A stretch of DNA of 64,000 nt from a virus (lineage: Duplodnaviria > Caudoviricetes), in the IMG/VR virus record IMGVR_UViG_3300021185_002017. One strand, given 5' to 3'. The notes beneath the pieces were generated by a model that ran no database searches, was not told where the DNA came from, and was given only the letters and a program-made list of their open reading frames with translations. Numbering within the stretch: the stretch's first letter is position 1; the number at the start of each line of letters is the position of its first letter. Made by a program: the position numbers and the translations under genes. Of the stretch, positions 26,269-35,211 are shown piece after piece.

Positions 26269-27822
26269 GAAGAACTTGCGTCCTCCTGCGTCATATCCTG
26301 GTAATACTTCAACAACATCATCTAGTACATCTTGTACTGTAAATGCTAATCCAAGTTTATCAGATAGTTGTTTTCTCAATACAAAGTCTACTGACTTAAT
26401 ATCATCCAACGATGCACCATCATACGGTCCAGGGTCTCTATCAAACTGTGCTGTATAACTTAATTCAGCAGTTGTTTCACCGAAACTAGCAAAGTATGAA
26501 ATACGACCTTTGTACGCAGGTACTCTAGGTTGATCAGTATCTGTATATGCTACAAAAACATTTAAACTACCATAAGGTACAGCATACATGTCTTGGAATC
26601 TGACACCTTTGGTTTCATATTCGCCTGTGTTAACATATTGCTGAGAACTGCCATCGTAGTCAATATTTTCATCAAAGTCATATGCAAAGTATGAAAGACC
26701 TAAGTAACCAATTTCAAATCCAGTTCCTTCTTCAGGCTTCAAACCTAAGTTTGGTTTTACCCATGAGTCGCCGTATTGTTGATACAATGTAGGATTACGA
26801 TAACTTGTACTAATGTTAGCAAAGAAACCTTTACTATTATCAAAGCCAAGTCTGTATACTCTTGCATCTTCACTTACTCGTGTGCCAAACTGCAACTGGT
26901 TGTTATATGTAATAACAGCATAGCCACTAACATCATCCTGTGACTCACCAATGTAGTTTTCTTTATCGTATGTAATACCTGACACAATAGTTGTTACAGG
27001 ATTAAGATTAAAAGTATCTCTGGCATCAAAGTAATAACGATCTGCATCATTTGAATAAGTACTTACACCTTCGGTGAAGTATTCACTTTCAGTTTTGTTA
27101 TAACCAATTGTTACATGTTCGTTCCTTACACTAATGTCAGTCCTTGTACCTTCTTGTACACATTCATTTGACTGTGAAAAAGATGATGTATAACAATTAT
27201 CATAATCGTATTCATAATCTACATGTGACATTGCTAAAGTAAAACCATAAATGTCTCTGACTGATTTAATAGATGTATTTTTATAGTCATCTCTTTCAGT
27301 ATTATCGTTTCGCACACTGTCATTAGATACATCAAATGATGATACACTTATGGAGTCAAGTATTGCTACATTTAGCAATTGATGATGCTCCCCAAGTCTA
27401 AGAACTGCTTGGTCTTCGATTTTGTCATTTATAAACACTGTTCCGCCTAGGCTACCAGAGCCATAAAGAACACTGTTAGGTCCTGAAACAATGTTAACTG
27501 TCTCGAGTCCACTCACAACATCATGTGCAAAGTCATACCAGCCTGAGCCGGAATCATTTGCTGGTACACCGTTCCTGTACACGGTTGTGTGTGTAGTTTG
27601 AGTACCTCGTTCATTAAAGCCAGCAAATCCACCATATCCACCTGCTACAAATGAAGTAGCCGGCATAACAATTTCAATAATTGACATGTCGTCTGTTACA
27701 TCTGTGGTGTCTACTTGACTTACTGTTCCAACGACTACAATCTCTTCAATGAGATTAGAGTCTTCTGCTAAAACTGCATTACTCGTTGCGAGTAATAAAA
27801 GCAGTGTTACTAAGTTTTTCAT
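26248..27822 (-). CDS. TonB-dependent outer-membrane receptor (compact, BtuB-like size)
   Basis: Signal peptide, TonB-box-like EEIVVVG, plug motifs (VYRNGVP, VSGPNSVLYGSGSLGGTV) and C-terminal GRKFFLTLTYK strand. Confidence 0.88.
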   Translation of the reverse strand: MKNLVTLLLLLATSNAVLAEDSNLIEEIVVVGTVSQVDTTDVTDDMSIIEIVMPATSFVAGGYGGFAGFNERGTQTTHTTVYRNGVPANDSGSGWYDFAHDVVSGLETVNIVSGPNSVLYGSGSLGGTVFINDKIEDQAVLRLGEHHQLLNVAILDSISVSSFDVSNDSVRNDNTERDDYKNTSIKSVRDIYGFTLAMSHVDYEYDYDNCYTSSFSQSNECVQEGTRTDISVRNEHVTIGYNKTESEYFTEGVSTYSNDADRYYFDARDTFNLNPVTTIVSGITYDKENYIGESQDDVSGYAVITYNNQLQFGTRVSEDARVYRLGFDNSKGFFANISTSYRNPTLYQQYGDSWVKPNLGLKPEEGTGFEIGYLGLSYFAYDFDENIDYDGSSQQYVNTGEYETKGVRFQDMYAVPYGSLNVFVAYTDTDQPRVPAYKGRISYFASFGETTAELSYTAQFDRDPGPYDGASLDDIKSVDFVLRKQLSDKLGLAFTVQDVLDDVVEVLPGYDAGGRKFFLTLTYK

Positions 27823-27846
27823 TATTTCTCCTTATTAATATAAATG

Positions 27847-27881
27847 AAAAAAAGTACACTCCCCATAATTGAGGAGTGTAC
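27847..27881 (-). terminator. Strong intrinsic terminator (12-bp stem plus U7) between the AAA gene and the TonB receptor
   Basis: GTACACTCCTCA-ATTA-TGGGGAGTGTAC-TTTTTTT. Confidence 0.85.
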
Positions 27882-27913
27882 CAGTCGAAGCGTCTAGGCT
27901 ACTGTGGGAGTAT

Positions 27914-28945
27914 TTAAAATCCCAAACGCTTCATACAAGTGCTCTCGGCCAATCCTTTCCAGGTGTCCGGAGACATTTGTTTTAAGTCGGCTATCTTAAG
28001 TACCATTCTTAATGATATCTCTCGAAGCCTACTAGCCTTTTCATGCATAAAGTCTACGACTTCTGCATTACCTTCATCACCAAACTTGTACTCGTCTAGC
28101 ATACCGTCCTTAACAATCTGGTTGATTCTTAAGAAACGATCTTTAACACTATCCATTTCCAAGTCCATGTAGTGACATCTCGACATCAACGCCGCTAAGT
28201 GGTCTTGTATCTTCTTACTACGAACATTCTCGAAGTTCACATTAGTGATAAAGATACAACCTCCTGAGAATTCAAACCTATCTGGAATTCCTTCTCTTCG
28301 CAATGCCGCTGATTCTGACTTCCAACTAATTGTACGCTTCTTACCTGAGTCAAGTACTGCCTTCAACATGTTCAAGCATACCTCATCAAATAAGATACTG
28401 TCACAGTCATCAAACACAAGGATGTCACCTTTGTTTGAATTGTTAAACAATGTTTGGTACAAACCAATTGGTGTCATTGAACCTTTTACAACTTCTGTTC
28501 TCGGTGGACGACCTGCAAGTTTAGTTTCTGCATCGTACATATCGAGAATAGACTCAACACCAAACGACTTACCAACACCCGGAGGGCCACTTACAATAAG
28601 ACCTCTAACAACACCGTTTGCCACAGCATCAGTCATTTGGTCTAGTATATCGAAACGCTCACGGATTCTAGCCATTGCCTGCTCATCAGTTTCTTTAGGC
28701 TTAGCCTCAGTCTCTGGAGCAGTTTCAACAAGTTTCTCACCTTCGGCATCTGCTAAAGGCTCAACACTTGCTAGTGTTGGTACTACAACACGGATTGAAG
28801 TACGCTCTGGTCCTAATAATGCTGATGCATCTACAGTCACAAAGTATCCTTTCTTTCCTTGTTGAGTTGGTTTAATCAAAGGAAACACTCCTTCAATCGG
28901 TTGATTACGGTATACACCATTTTCTATTTTTACAAAGTTTGACAT
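27914..28945 (-). CDS. AAA+/P-loop ATPase of unknown function
   Basis: Walker A GPPGVGKS and Walker B LVFDDCD. Start moved to 28945 (GGGAGG RBS). Confidence 0.85.
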   Translation of the reverse strand: MSNFVKIENGVYRNQPIEGVFPLIKPTQQGKKGYFVTVDASALLGPERTSIRVVVPTLASVEPLADAEGEKLVETAPETEAKPKETDEQAMARIRERFDILDQMTDAVANGVVRGLIVSGPPGVGKSFGVESILDMYDAETKLAGRPPRTEVVKGSMTPIGLYQTLFNNSNKGDILVFDDCDSILFDEVCLNMLKAVLDSGKKRTISWKSESAALRREGIPDRFEFSGGCIFITNVNFENVRSKKIQDHLAALMSRCHYMDLEMDSVKDRFLRINQIVKDGMLDEYKFGDEGNAEVVDFMHEKASRLREISLRMVLKIADLKQMSPDTWKGLAESTCMKRLGF

Positions 28946-28985
28946 ATCTAGCCCTCCCACAGGCGTTAATTTAAACAATACATGT

Positions 28986-29014
28986 ATTATACAGTATCAA
29001 TGAGTTCGTGTCAA
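28986..29014 (-). promoter_or_regulatory. Perfect sigma70 promoter TTGACA-N17-TATAAT
   Basis: Read directly. Confidence 0.9.
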
Positions 29015-29016
29015 CC

Positions 29017-29163
29017 TTAAAATATAAGGCTAAAAATCCAAAGAACAAGTAAAATACCAGCAAAAGAACCAAGCAATTCTGCACCGTTTTTAGAGCTAAA
29101 CACAGAACCAATAATTGCATACACAAAGTATAATGGTATTAGTGCGGCTATAAACGATAACAT
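29017..29163 (-). CDS. 48-aa two-transmembrane protein (not in the ORF track)
   Basis: MLSFIAALIPLYFVYAIIGSVFSSKNGAELLGSFAGILLVLWIFSLIF, with AGGAG RBS and a dedicated promoter. Confidence 0.75.
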   Translation of the reverse strand: MLSFIAALIPLYFVYAIIGSVFSSKNGAELLGSFAGILLVLWIFSLIF

Positions 29164-29194
29164 ATTTCTTACTCCTTTTTTGCTTTATGTGTAT

Positions 29195-29223
29195 ATTATA
29201 CAGTCAAAAGCATAAGAAGTCAA
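29195..29223 (-). promoter_or_regulatory. Sigma70 promoter TTGACT-N17-TATAAT
   Basis: Read directly upstream of 29163. Confidence 0.85.
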
Positions 29224-29241
29224 GTGAAAATATCACAAATA

Positions 29242-29254
29242 AATCAATGACTTA
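29242..29254. promoter_or_regulatory. IHF-consensus-like site AATCAATGACTTA
   Basis: Matches WATCAANNNNTTR. Same offset as the copy at 19440. Confidence 0.5.
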
Positions 29255-29257
29255 CGC

Positions 29258-29719
29258 CTAATCTATTGTGATATCTTCCATTCCTGCTGTTCTTAGTTTA
29301 GTGATATGCCCAATTTGCCATTGTTTAGTATCTAGGCCTTTCATAATGCCCAAATACCTATTACGCAATAATGCAAACTGATTGCACAAATGGGTTAGAT
29401 CTATAACAGATTGCTCACCATCAACATACTTTTCAGCATCTCTGCTGGTAAGTTGTCTATTATATGTCTCGAAGAACTTCCTAAACACAACACTACGCTC
29501 CTTACGGAGTGCAATATTTAAGTGTTCAAGGATTGCTTCGATCTCTTGTAATTGATTGAATCGGTGTTCTGTAATACCGGGCAGGGAGGCACTGGCTCTT
29601 TCCAGGCTCCCTTTGATTCGGCATTCATACTTGGCACCGTCAAGTTCATTCTCGAAGTAACTAATAGCATCTACTATGTCACCAAGGTTCGAAGTAACTT
29701 TATTATACCAAGTACTCAT
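29258..29719 (-). CDS. uvsY: Recombination mediator UvsY-like
   Basis: Helical protein with RDAEKYVDGE and IMKGLDTKQWQIGHITKLRTAGMED, located downstream of uvsX. Confidence 0.7.
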   Translation of the reverse strand: MSTWYNKVTSNLGDIVDAISYFENELDGAKYECRIKGSLERASASLPGITEHRFNQLQEIEAILEHLNIALRKERSVVFRKFFETYNRQLTSRDAEKYVDGEQSVIDLTHLCNQFALLRNRYLGIMKGLDTKQWQIGHITKLRTAGMEDITID

Positions 29720-29962
29720 TTAATCCCAATCCCCGTCTTCGTCGTCTTCGTCATCATTTACTGAACTGATTTCAAAATGTGATACAATAGATGCTCTCAT
29801 AATGCCATCAAATTCGTTTAATGAATCTTCGATTTCTCCGATATCTGCGTTTTCGTCAAACACACGAACTAGTTGTTCTGCAGTTTGCAATTTGTCTTTC
29901 TTAGGGACAAAGTGCTTAATGCTATCCCACAACTCGTGTAGGAAACTAATATCATGATTCAT
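29720..29962 (-). CDS. Hypothetical acidic protein
   Basis: 80-aa ORF between uvsX and uvsY. Confidence 0.65.
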   Translation of the reverse strand: MNHDISFLHELWDSIKHFVPKKDKLQTAEQLVRVFDENADIGEIEDSLNEFDGIMRASIVSHFEISSVNDDEDDEDGDWD

Positions 29963-31058
29963 CTAATGAGTCCTCCATAGGATCAATTACATCTGGCTCA
30001 TCTACCATGTCTTCGTCAACTTCTGCAACTTCTGGAATTTTATCCCATTCATCGATAATGACTTGCAACTTGTCAGATGTCCATCCTTTTCTAAATTCCT
30101 TTATCTCTTCGCCTGTTACAGGTGAGACATAGGATAGTTTATTACCAACTTTAGTAAGTAGACTTTTCTGTTCTAGCATTTCTACTAGACCACTATAAGG
30201 GTCCATTCCGCTTTCATATGGAATCTTGATTTGCACACCTTCAAAAGGTTTGCTGTATCTAGACTTCATAACTTTACATGCGGCACGAATACCTTGTACA
30301 GTAGAAACTTTGTTTCCGTCTAAGTCTTCTTTAAGTTTTAGTTTACGCATAGCAACAACAATACTACTTGCATAGATAAAGCCTTGACCACCGCTGATTT
30401 TATCATCTGGGTCAAACATGTCTTGCGAAGCGTATGTGTGGTTAGTTGCAACAATACCTACTGGGAATGGTGCAATTTGGTTAACCATGTTACGCACTAG
30501 GGCAGTTAGAGCCTTTGGCTTTCTACCCATATCACCTTTCATGTCACCTTTTTCAAATTGTGCTACATCAGTTGGTGTAAGTAACATACCTAAACTATCA
30601 ATAACAAACAACAACTTAGGCATTTCGTCATACTCTAAATCACCGTAGTTACTTTTATAGTCTTTCATAAAGTCACTTAGTGTTTTGGCAACATCATCAA
30701 TCATGCTAACACTAATCTTGAGAAGTTTCTCAGGAGTTGTGTCTACATCTAATGCTTGTAGCCAGTCTTCGTCAAGTGCGTTTTCTGAATCAAACAATAC
30801 AACTTGGCATCCTTGATCCTGTGCCGCCTTTACAATGTTACCGGAACAGATAAAACTTTTACCTGAACCGGACTCACCTGCAAAAACACTTACTTTGCCT
30901 AGTGGAATACCTCTATTGAAGTCTCCACTAATTAAATAGTTAAGTGTGTGGTTACCTGTGCTGATCCAATCTTTTGGATCATGGAAGCCTGCACTAATTC
31001 CACTAATGGATTTAGTCACGGACGTCCTGAACTTTGTTAAGTCAAATGGTTTCTGCAT
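29952..31058 (-). CDS. uvsX: RecA/UvsX recombinase
   Basis: WISTGNHTLNYLISG, AGESGSGKS, DSENA, VIDSLGML, ATNHTY, SGGQGFIYASS. Confidence 0.93.
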   Translation of the reverse strand: MQKPFDLTKFRTSVTKSISGISAGFHDPKDWISTGNHTLNYLISGDFNRGIPLGKVSVFAGESGSGKSFICSGNIVKAAQDQGCQVVLFDSENALDEDWLQALDVDTTPEKLLKISVSMIDDVAKTLSDFMKDYKSNYGDLEYDEMPKLLFVIDSLGMLLTPTDVAQFEKGDMKGDMGRKPKALTALVRNMVNQIAPFPVGIVATNHTYASQDMFDPDDKISGGQGFIYASSIVVAMRKLKLKEDLDGNKVSTVQGIRAACKVMKSRYSKPFEGVQIKIPYESGMDPYSGLVEMLEQKSLLTKVGNKLSYVSPVTGEEIKEFRKGWTSDKLQVIIDEWDKIPEVAEVDEDMVDEPDVIDPMEDSLDES

Positions 31059-31068
31059 GTTAGTCTCC

Positions 31069-32088
31069 TTAAGAACGGTTTCTAATCATGTTCAGAATAT
31101 CATCTGCACTCGCATTACTTGCAGGAGCCGCCGCTGCTGGTTCTGCTACTGGAGCAGGCTCAGGAGTTACCGGTGCTGGTGCTGGTGCTGCAGGTGCCGC
31201 TGTTTCTACTACAGGTGCTGTTGGTGCTACCGGAGCCGGAGCCGGTGCTTGTTGAGCTGGTGCTGTAGTTGCTTGTACGCCTGATTGCACAGCATTTGCA
31301 GGAACTTCAACGCCATATGGCTTGTAGAAGTTACCCCATCTTGCTGGATCATAAAGTTCGCCATCTACACTTGCTTGGAACATTTCGCTAATTGCTTGGT
31401 AATGTTCAGCAGTAGGTTGTGCAGGTAAGTAATCTTTTAGATTAAACAAACCGTTTGCATCAATAGCTGCAAGTTGAGTTTCATCTAATGAACTCTCTTT
31501 ACGAGCCCACTTTGAAGTACTGTAGTCTGCATATTGACCTTTGGTTGTTTTACTAACACGGAAGTCTGTACCGTTAAGGTAATCAGTTGGAATATTTTCC
31601 ATATCCGGGTCCATCAAAGATGACTTGATGATGTTAAAGATTTGAGGTGAAATTACAAATCTACGAATTGGGTTTTCAGGTGCTTCCTCGTTCAAAGGAT
31701 TATCTGTAACAAAACCGTTAAAGATATATGAACGCTTTTTCCAGTACTTACGACCCATGTCTTCTAGACTTGCATCTTTAAACCAAGGACGAACCTCAGT
31801 TAATACTGGACAAGTGTCACCGTACATTTCACCGCAAGGTACTTGTACTGTAACTGGTTTGTTTTCTCCGCCTAATACACCTGGGAAGGTTAGACGAATC
31901 ATTTGACGCTCTACCCAAAAGAAGTCGTTAGTAGTGTCACTGTCAGGTAAAAACCTAAGTGTTGCACTTGTTCCTTCGTCGATATTCCAGTGTGGATAAA
32001 TTGCGTTGTCACTTTGTTGTGACGATTGATTAGAACCTTTCGATTCCATTGCCGAGAGCTTCGCTCGGATTTCTGCTAATGAGGCCAT
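31069..32088 (-). CDS. Single-stranded DNA-binding protein (T4 gp32-like)
   Basis: LRFLPD, CPV, KYWKKRSY, Pro/Ala linker and acidic tail ADDILNMIRNR. Confidence 0.88.
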   Translation of the reverse strand: MASLAEIRAKLSAMESKGSNQSSQQSDNAIYPHWNIDEGTSATLRFLPDSDTTNDFFWVERQMIRLTFPGVLGGENKPVTVQVPCGEMYGDTCPVLTEVRPWFKDASLEDMGRKYWKKRSYIFNGFVTDNPLNEEAPENPIRRFVISPQIFNIIKSSLMDPDMENIPTDYLNGTDFRVSKTTKGQYADYSTSKWARKESSLDETQLAAIDANGLFNLKDYLPAQPTAEHYQAISEMFQASVDGELYDPARWGNFYKPYGVEVPANAVQSGVQATTAPAQQAPAPAPVAPTAPVVETAAPAAPAPAPVTPEPAPVAEPAAAAPASNASADDILNMIRNRS

Positions 32089-32127
32089 GATATTTCTCCT
32101 AAAATGTTTGCCATGTTTGCCATGTGT

Positions 32128-32151
32128 GTTATCTACAACATTGTGGATAAC
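32128..32151. repeat. Inverted repeat in the gp32 leader containing a perfect DnaA box (TGTGGATAA, 32142-32150)
   Basis: GTTATCTACAA-CA-TTGTGGATAAC. A direct repeat ATGTTTGCC x2 lies at 32104-32121. Confidence 0.7.
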
Positions 32152-32157
32152 GGGTTT

Positions 32158-32186
32158 ATTATAAATGCCTAGATAAACAAAGTCAA
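32158..32186 (-). promoter_or_regulatory. Sigma70 promoter TTGACT-N17-TATAAT for the gp32-uvsX-uvsY operon
   Basis: Read directly. Confidence 0.85.
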
Positions 32187-32236
32187 CCGTTTTTTTAAAA
32201 ATGTTGACACATTTTTGTTTAACATGTTTATTTATG

Positions 32237-32260
32237 AAAAAACCCGCACTAGGCGGGTTT
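32237..32260 (-). terminator. Intrinsic terminator AAACCCGC-CTAGT-GCGGGTTT plus U-tract
   Basis: GC-rich hairpin ending the terminase operon. Confidence 0.8.
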
Positions 32261-32360
32261 AAAATGGTATTCTACTCTATGAAACAAGTCAATTGCTTGT
32301 TTATCACTAGTAGTGATGTGGACTTACTCTACACTAAGTGACGCTTCACAGCGGTTCTTA

Positions 32361-33617
32361 TTATAATATATCGTATTGCTCTAAGAAGTTTTCGTACTCA
32401 TCACCTAAGTCTTTGCTTTCAACTGTAGGTGTATTTGTGTTTGCACCAAGTAAACAACTCTTAATTGTGCCGTACTCAAATTGGCTTAACTGACCACCTG
32501 ATGTAATTTTCTTACTAACATTTTGTAAGTATTCAGATAGTTTAGTATCGTTTGCAGAAAAACTTAATTGGTTAACTTGATGTCCAAGTCTTGCTTCTGG
32601 TGTAGCAAAGTCTACTAAGTCGTTTTCTTTTAGCAAGTCTGTTAGATTGGCAAATGATTCGTTTGCTACTGCTTTTGTAATATAACTTTCAAATGCTGTT
32701 TTCTTAAGTGATAAAGACTTTAGTTGTCCTAATACATTACCAACTTTGTCATCAAAATGCGATACTGTAAACTTATCTCTTAATTCTGCATCATCATCTT
32801 CAGATAACTCAACTGCTGTTGAAGTTAAGTTTTCAATTGTTGATTCGTATGTTTTAGCACCACTTAATTTCTTAAATGTATTTTTAATGCTTTCTATGTT
32901 CTCTACTGCTAGTTGAACATACTCTGCATTATCTTCGTTCATGATTTTTGCTGTTTTAACATAGTGGACAAACTCTCTAAGTTTCTTAAGGTCTTGTGCC
33001 ATCTCAACAATGTTAGTAGCCTGTTCATCAAAAACTTCACCACCTTTTTGTACATGGCGAGCCATTGCTCTAGCCATTGCTAAATTATTTTCAGGTAGTT
33101 TAAATCTTTCGTCGCCTCTTTGTATAAAGATACTGTGAATGTTTCTGCTTCTTGAACCACGCACTTCTTCATTAACTGCTTTTTTATGTTTAACAACAAT
33201 CTTTACATTGTCCAAAGATTGGTAACTTGTTTTGCTAGACCCTGACATTGTGTCGAATCCTTCTTTAATATCTGCCATGTCTTTCTCCGCTTGTTTTGCG
33301 ATATCCTGTTTCTCTCCTACAGCCTTAATTTTTTTACCAAATATCTTGTAGTCGAATTTCATTAAATAGTCTTGAGCAAGATCCTTTAACATTGTTCTCA
33401 CTTTATGCTCACTTAAATCTTCGCTAGTATTCAGTACTAATGTTGATGTTGCTGAATCTAGTCTAACTAAAATATTAGGTTCACTTACAACAAATCGTGT
33501 AGCATCAGTTGGGTCTATAACTTGCTTGCCGTCAGCACTAAAACTGTCCACGCCAAAACCAAACCCTTTTAGTATGTTAAATGTTTTTTCTGATATAACT
33601 GGGATATTTACGCTCAT
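32361..33617 (-). CDS. Hypothetical late protein downstream of terL
   Basis: 418 aa, with a GATAAATA-N5-ATG start. Confidence 0.75.
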   Translation of the reverse strand: MSVNIPVISEKTFNILKGFGFGVDSFSADGKQVIDPTDATRFVVSEPNILVRLDSATSTLVLNTSEDLSEHKVRTMLKDLAQDYLMKFDYKIFGKKIKAVGEKQDIAKQAEKDMADIKEGFDTMSGSSKTSYQSLDNVKIVVKHKKAVNEEVRGSRSRNIHSIFIQRGDERFKLPENNLAMARAMARHVQKGGEVFDEQATNIVEMAQDLKKLREFVHYVKTAKIMNEDNAEYVQLAVENIESIKNTFKKLSGAKTYESTIENLTSTAVELSEDDDAELRDKFTVSHFDDKVGNVLGQLKSLSLKKTAFESYITKAVANESFANLTDLLKENDLVDFATPEARLGHQVNQLSFSANDTKLSEYLQNVSKKITSGGQLSQFEYGTIKSCLLGANTNTPTVESKDLGDEYENFLEQYDIL

Positions 33618-33622
33618 AATAC

Positions 33623-33630
33623 TATTTATC
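33623..33630 (-). promoter_or_regulatory. Late promoter GATAAATA (N5 to ATG)
   Basis: GATAAATA-GTATT-ATG. Confidence 0.8.
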
Positions 33631-33633
33631 TAA

Positions 33634-35211
33634 TTAGAGGAATCCGACTGGCAACGGTGCGTCACCATCATCATCATAATCGTTATCAACAATACCACTG
33701 TTAACAACACTATAAACAGCATCTTCAAATGTGCTAATATAATTAACCATACGAACTTGTAACATCATTGCCATAACTAAGTCGTCCATTTCGCCTGGTT
33801 TAGCCTTAAAACTATTGCCTCTAGAAACAAAATTCTTTAATTCACTAATAAGTACTTTACTTTTAACATGTATCCTATCCTGCTCTAGCAGTCGTTTAAA
33901 GTTTAAACATGCTTCCATTTTACTTCTATGTCCAGTATGAAAACCTTTGCGTCCACGCTTTCCTGCAACTTTTTTAGGATCATGTAAGAACTCTCCAGGG
34001 AAGTTTTCTTCACCTGTGTCTCTAATAACCACAAGTGCCGCTTCACCAATAGTATTGTTCTCTACTGTCCAGTATAAGTTTTTACATCCGCTGTTACTAA
34101 GGTACATTAACATTTCCATTAGTATTCGCATTTGTCCTTCTACTGGAGTTCTATTGTGTGCCCATTCTCCTACTTGCGTCATAGTAGATACATTCATAAC
34201 TTGTATGGCTGCATTATCGCCGCCTGTGCCTGAACTTGGGTCTAATGTTAAACTATATATGTGCTGTGGATTAGGTTTATCGTACCAACGAGCTTCACCC
34301 ATTTTACCAATCGGATCAACTCCTTCCATTTCTACTAATCGTAATGGACTAATAAGTGTTTCATCATATATGATAAATTCACATTCGTGTTCTCGTCTAA
34401 ATCTTTCTTCGCCGATTCTTGCTCGTTCTGCAGATGCCCATTCATCATCACGCTCGGGGTGTGAACTCCAAGTTGACAAGTAACCTTTAAATCCGTTGCG
34501 TCCTACCTCTTGTTCATTACCGTACTCGTCAAACAACTTGTTTGCTTCTGCCCAAATAAGTGCAAAAGTATCATCGTCACTGTTAGGCGTACTTGTTACA
34601 ATACAAGCACCACCTGTACTTAGTGTAGGAGATAGTGCTGTCCAAAACTCTTTAGCAATACGAGGAGGCACAAACGCAAACTCGTCTAAGTAGATAAGTG
34701 TTAAGGACATACCACGACCAGTATTTTCAGTTGTTGTAGTACTTACAATACGACTACCATTATCAAATGTTATACTGCCTTTGTTGTATTCTGTAACACC
34801 TGCTCTAATATGATCAGGGGCACACTCGTATGCATAACGAACTCGTTGCATAATTTCACTAGCACCACTTGCTTTGTGTGCCGCTACAAGTATTGTGCTG
34901 TCTGGTTTGAACATAGCAAACCAAAGTAAGTATCCTGCCGCTACAGTGGTTTTACCCATCTGTCTGCCTAGCATGTTAATACTAAATCTATTATTGTTGT
35001 AGTTTTCTATTAAGTCTAACTGATAATCAAATGGTTCAAAATCTATGCCACCCCTAGTAGGATGTTGTATACGCATATGATTAACCATAAAGTATAATGC
35101 ACCTGTCTCAGGGTCAGCACAATTTTTAAAGTCTCGTAAAGTCTCAGGTGTATATGCTACTTTGGCATAACCTTGTTTAACTAGACCAGTATCAACTGTA
35201 CCTCTAGCCAT
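33634..35211 (-). CDS. terL: Terminase large subunit (T4 gp17-like)
   Basis: GRQMGKTT, IYLDEFAF, TSTPN, LDPSSGTGGDNAA, VENNTIG, DDLVMA. Confidence 0.95.
   Translation of the reverse strand: MARGTVDTGLVKQGYAKVAYTPETLRDFKNCADPETGALYFMVNHMRIQHPTRGGIDFEPFDYQLDLIENYNNNRFSINMLGRQMGKTTVAAGYLLWFAMFKPDSTILVAAHKASGASEIMQRVRYAYECAPDHIRAGVTEYNKGSITFDNGSRIVSTTTTENTGRGMSLTLIYLDEFAFVPPRIAKEFWTALSPTLSTGGACIVTSTPNSDDDTFALIWAEANKLFDEYGNEQEVGRNGFKGYLSTWSSHPERDDEWASAERARIGEERFRREHECEFIIYDETLISPLRLVEMEGVDPIGKMGEARWYDKPNPQHIYSLTLDPSSGTGGDNAAIQVMNVSTMTQVGEWAHNRTPVEGQMRILMEMLMYLSNSGCKNLYWTVENNTIGEAALVVIRDTGEENFPGEFLHDPKKVAGKRGRKGFHTGHRSKMEACLNFKRLLEQDRIHVKSKVLISELKNFVSRGNSFKAKPGEMDDLVMAMMLQVRMVNYISTFEDAVYSVVNSGIVDNDYDDDGDAPLPVGFL

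Noticed and set aside
27823-27913. Cobalamin riboswitch upstream of the BtuB-like gene
   Set aside because: The region is only about 90 nt and no B12-box was recognised. It is kept only as a possible attenuator.
24777-35211. Inteins or introns in uvsW, uvsX or terL
   Set aside because: All have normal lengths, uninterrupted motifs and no splice-junction or homing-endonuclease signatures.
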